Source: Eubacteriales bacterium
GTDB taxonomy: Bacteria > Bacillota > Clostridia > Oscillospirales > CAG-272
Direction of reading: 5' to 3'
Assembly (NCBI GenBank): GCA_045643945.1
Contig: JAZRGA010000009.1
Location: 1,190-65,189 of the forward strand
DNA length: 64,000 nucleotides
The notes under the pieces are model-generated. The model made no database searches, had not been told where the DNA came from, and saw nothing but the letters and a program-made list of their open reading frames with translations. Positions 62,838 through 64,000 of the stretch are shown here, in pieces. The position numbers and the translations under genes are program-made. Positions within the stretch are counted from its first letter, which is position 1. Every line of letters begins with the position of its first letter.

Positions 62838-64000
62838 CTATTCAAAATAAACCGTAAGAGTTCCCTTTTCAAAGGAAAGCAAATAATTCTTTGTAACGTC
62901 CTCGCCGTTTGCGTTAATGATTTTCAAGCTTGAAGGCTCAATTACGTTAGCGGATGTTCCGGGCATCCTCTGAGAGCCCGTTATCGTGTATGCGGAAATT
63001 GTATCACCCTCGATAAGCGAGCCGCCTACAATTTCATACTCGTTGCAGGTAAGCTCGGTATCGTCATATACCTTGCTTGCGCTACCCGCTCTTATAACAA
63101 GATGATTTGCATTTATATCAACACTACCGAATTTCTTGACGAGCTTATATAGCTTTGTAACGTCATTTCCATCCGCATCGGTTATTAATACTCCAAATGC
63201 GTGAGGATGCTCGCCAAGCTCATTAGATAATGTTTTCGGCACTATTTCAATATTATAGCCCTCGGGAAGCTCCTGCCCCTCAATAAACACCGCCCTACAC
63301 ATATCTACCTGCGAAATCGGAGGCTTTCCGTTATACATATAGGTGAAATTATCACTTTCCAATGAGAAAGCGCCTGCATAAACAAGAATTTCTCCCGTTT
63401 CAAAGATAAATTTAAATTTAGACGTTACGTCAACTCCACTTGGGTCATATACCGTAAAGGATTCTATTGCGCTTGCGGATATTCCAGGCTCTGTTCGCTC
63501 GCCCGAAATTACGGCGCTATATGTATATCCCTTTTCCTCATACTCCTCAAAGCCCTCTACCTTAGGCTCGGGAATTAAGGGTGTACCGTCATACATTTTG
63601 TTAACGTCTATCGGATTTATCGTAAGCTCGGTATCAAGGCGTTGAGGCGTTACCTCAAGCATTTTCCAACCAAAGCCCTCTACATAGAATTCAACCCAAG
63701 CGTGAGCATCAAGCTTTGTAAGCTGTATCCATTCGCCCGCCTCGGTTTCGGTTACATAGCCTACAACGTATCTTGCGGGGACGTTTAACGCTCTGAAAAG
63801 CAAGGTAGCAACCGAAGCAAAGTGCTTACACGTTCCCTCCCTGTATTTTTCAATAAAGGCTATCGCTACGTTTTCCTCCTCATCAAGCTGAGTATTATAA
63901 GCCATCGAGTAAGTACCAAGCCCCTCAACGTATTCAGCAATTCTTTCGGGAAGATTGTAAGCGTATTCGTTAAATTCCTGTTGTCTTGCAATATCTAACA
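62838..64000 (-). CDS. transglutaminase-like surface protein with 3 C-terminal YDG/MBG-like repeats; its 5' end lies beyond the window
   Basis: The frame stays open upstream of the ORF-track Met (63905) to nt 64000 (...LDIARQQEFNEYAYNLPERIAEYVEGLGTYSMAYN...). The core reads EGTCKHFASVATLLFRALNVPARYVVGY...AHAWVEFYVEGFGWKMLEVTP, with the Cys codon at 63828..63830. Confidence 0.85.
   Translation of the reverse strand, partial: LDIARQQEFNEYAYNLPERIAEYVEGLGTYSMAYNTQLDEEENVAIAFIEKYREGTCKHFASVATLLFRALNVPARYVVGYVTETEAGEWIQLTKLDAHAWVEFYVEGFGWKMLEVTPQRLDTELTINPIDVNKMYDGTPLIPEPKVEGFEEYEEKGYTYSAVISGERTEPGISASAIESFTVYDPSGVDVTSKFKFIFETGEILVYAGAFSLESDNFTYMYNGKPPISQVDMCRAVFIEGQELPEGYNIEIVPKTLSNELGEHPHAFGVLITDADGNDVTKLYKLVKKFGSVDINANHLVIRAGSASKVYDDTELTCNEYEIVGGSLIEGDTISAYTITGSQRMPGTSANVIEPSSLKIINANGEDVTKNYLLSFEKGTLTVYFE

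Noticed and set aside
1-64000. Striking over-representation of AAGCTT and GAGCTT hexamers throughout, possibly a dispersed repeat or a restriction-site signal.
   Set aside because: The occurrences I inspected sit inside coding regions and mostly read, in the sense frame, as Lys-Leu or Glu-Leu (AAG/GAG + CTT). This is explained by the strong codon preference. I saw no enrichment in the intergenic spacers I read.
1-64000. A search for CRISPR arrays, transposases or IS ends, integrases, tRNA or rRNA genes, and reverse transcriptases.
   Set aside because: None was found. The only tandem repeat is the 9-bp x4 array at 37872-37907. The only structured RNAs I can support are the SRP RNA and the T-box leader.

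Overview
The window is a 64-kb chromosomal segment that looks like a Clostridia-class Firmicute. Evidence for that placement: Bacillus/Clostridium-type synteny (SRP RNA > dnaX > ybaB > recR, and ylxM > ffh > rpsP > KH), a T-box leader, many perfect TTGACA/TTGCAA-17-TATAAT promoters, GGAGG-type RBSs, and strong AAG/CTT/GAG codon preference.

I count about 57 densely packed protein genes. Most are housekeeping:
- Translation and tRNA modification: aspS-gatCAB, gltX, glnS, mnmA, trmL, mtaB, an rlu-family synthase, rpsP, rpmB.
- Secretion: secA, ffh, SRP RNA, lnt.
- Replication and repair: dnaX, recR, dinB, a MutS-like ATPase.
- Oxidative stress: ahpC, an AhpF-like reductase, a flavodiiron protein.

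I found no transposase, integrase, CRISPR array, tRNA or rRNA. Two genes run off the window edges and are missing from the supplied ORF track; I recovered both by hand (1..2691 minus, and 62838..64000 minus).

Parts worth a second look:
1. A minus-strand island at 15.4-20.7 kb has two ER/archaeal-type (SipW-like) signal peptidases and two roughly 250-aa secreted TasA-like proteins. Their predicted mature N-termini share a conserved KYV...AR strand. The same N-terminal signature is on the >=897-aa secreted protein at the left edge. I propose a SipW-dependent extracellular fibre or matrix system with a non-classical cognate signal.
2. Two tandem surface proteins at the right edge combine a transglutaminase-like core with YDG/MBG-like repeats. 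One is 1654 aa and has Ser in place of the catalytic Cys.
3. An Asn-specifier T-box controls aspS-gatC-gatA-gatB, and the GatA homologue has lost the amidase-signature Lys and nucleophile Ser.
4. A 605-aa PurL (FGAM synthase)-like protein has its catalytic motifs erased.
5. The AhpF-like reductase has its domains in the reverse of the usual order.
6. A pair of paralogous polytopic membrane proteins lies behind secA.

All family assignments come from motif reading and memory. No database search was run.
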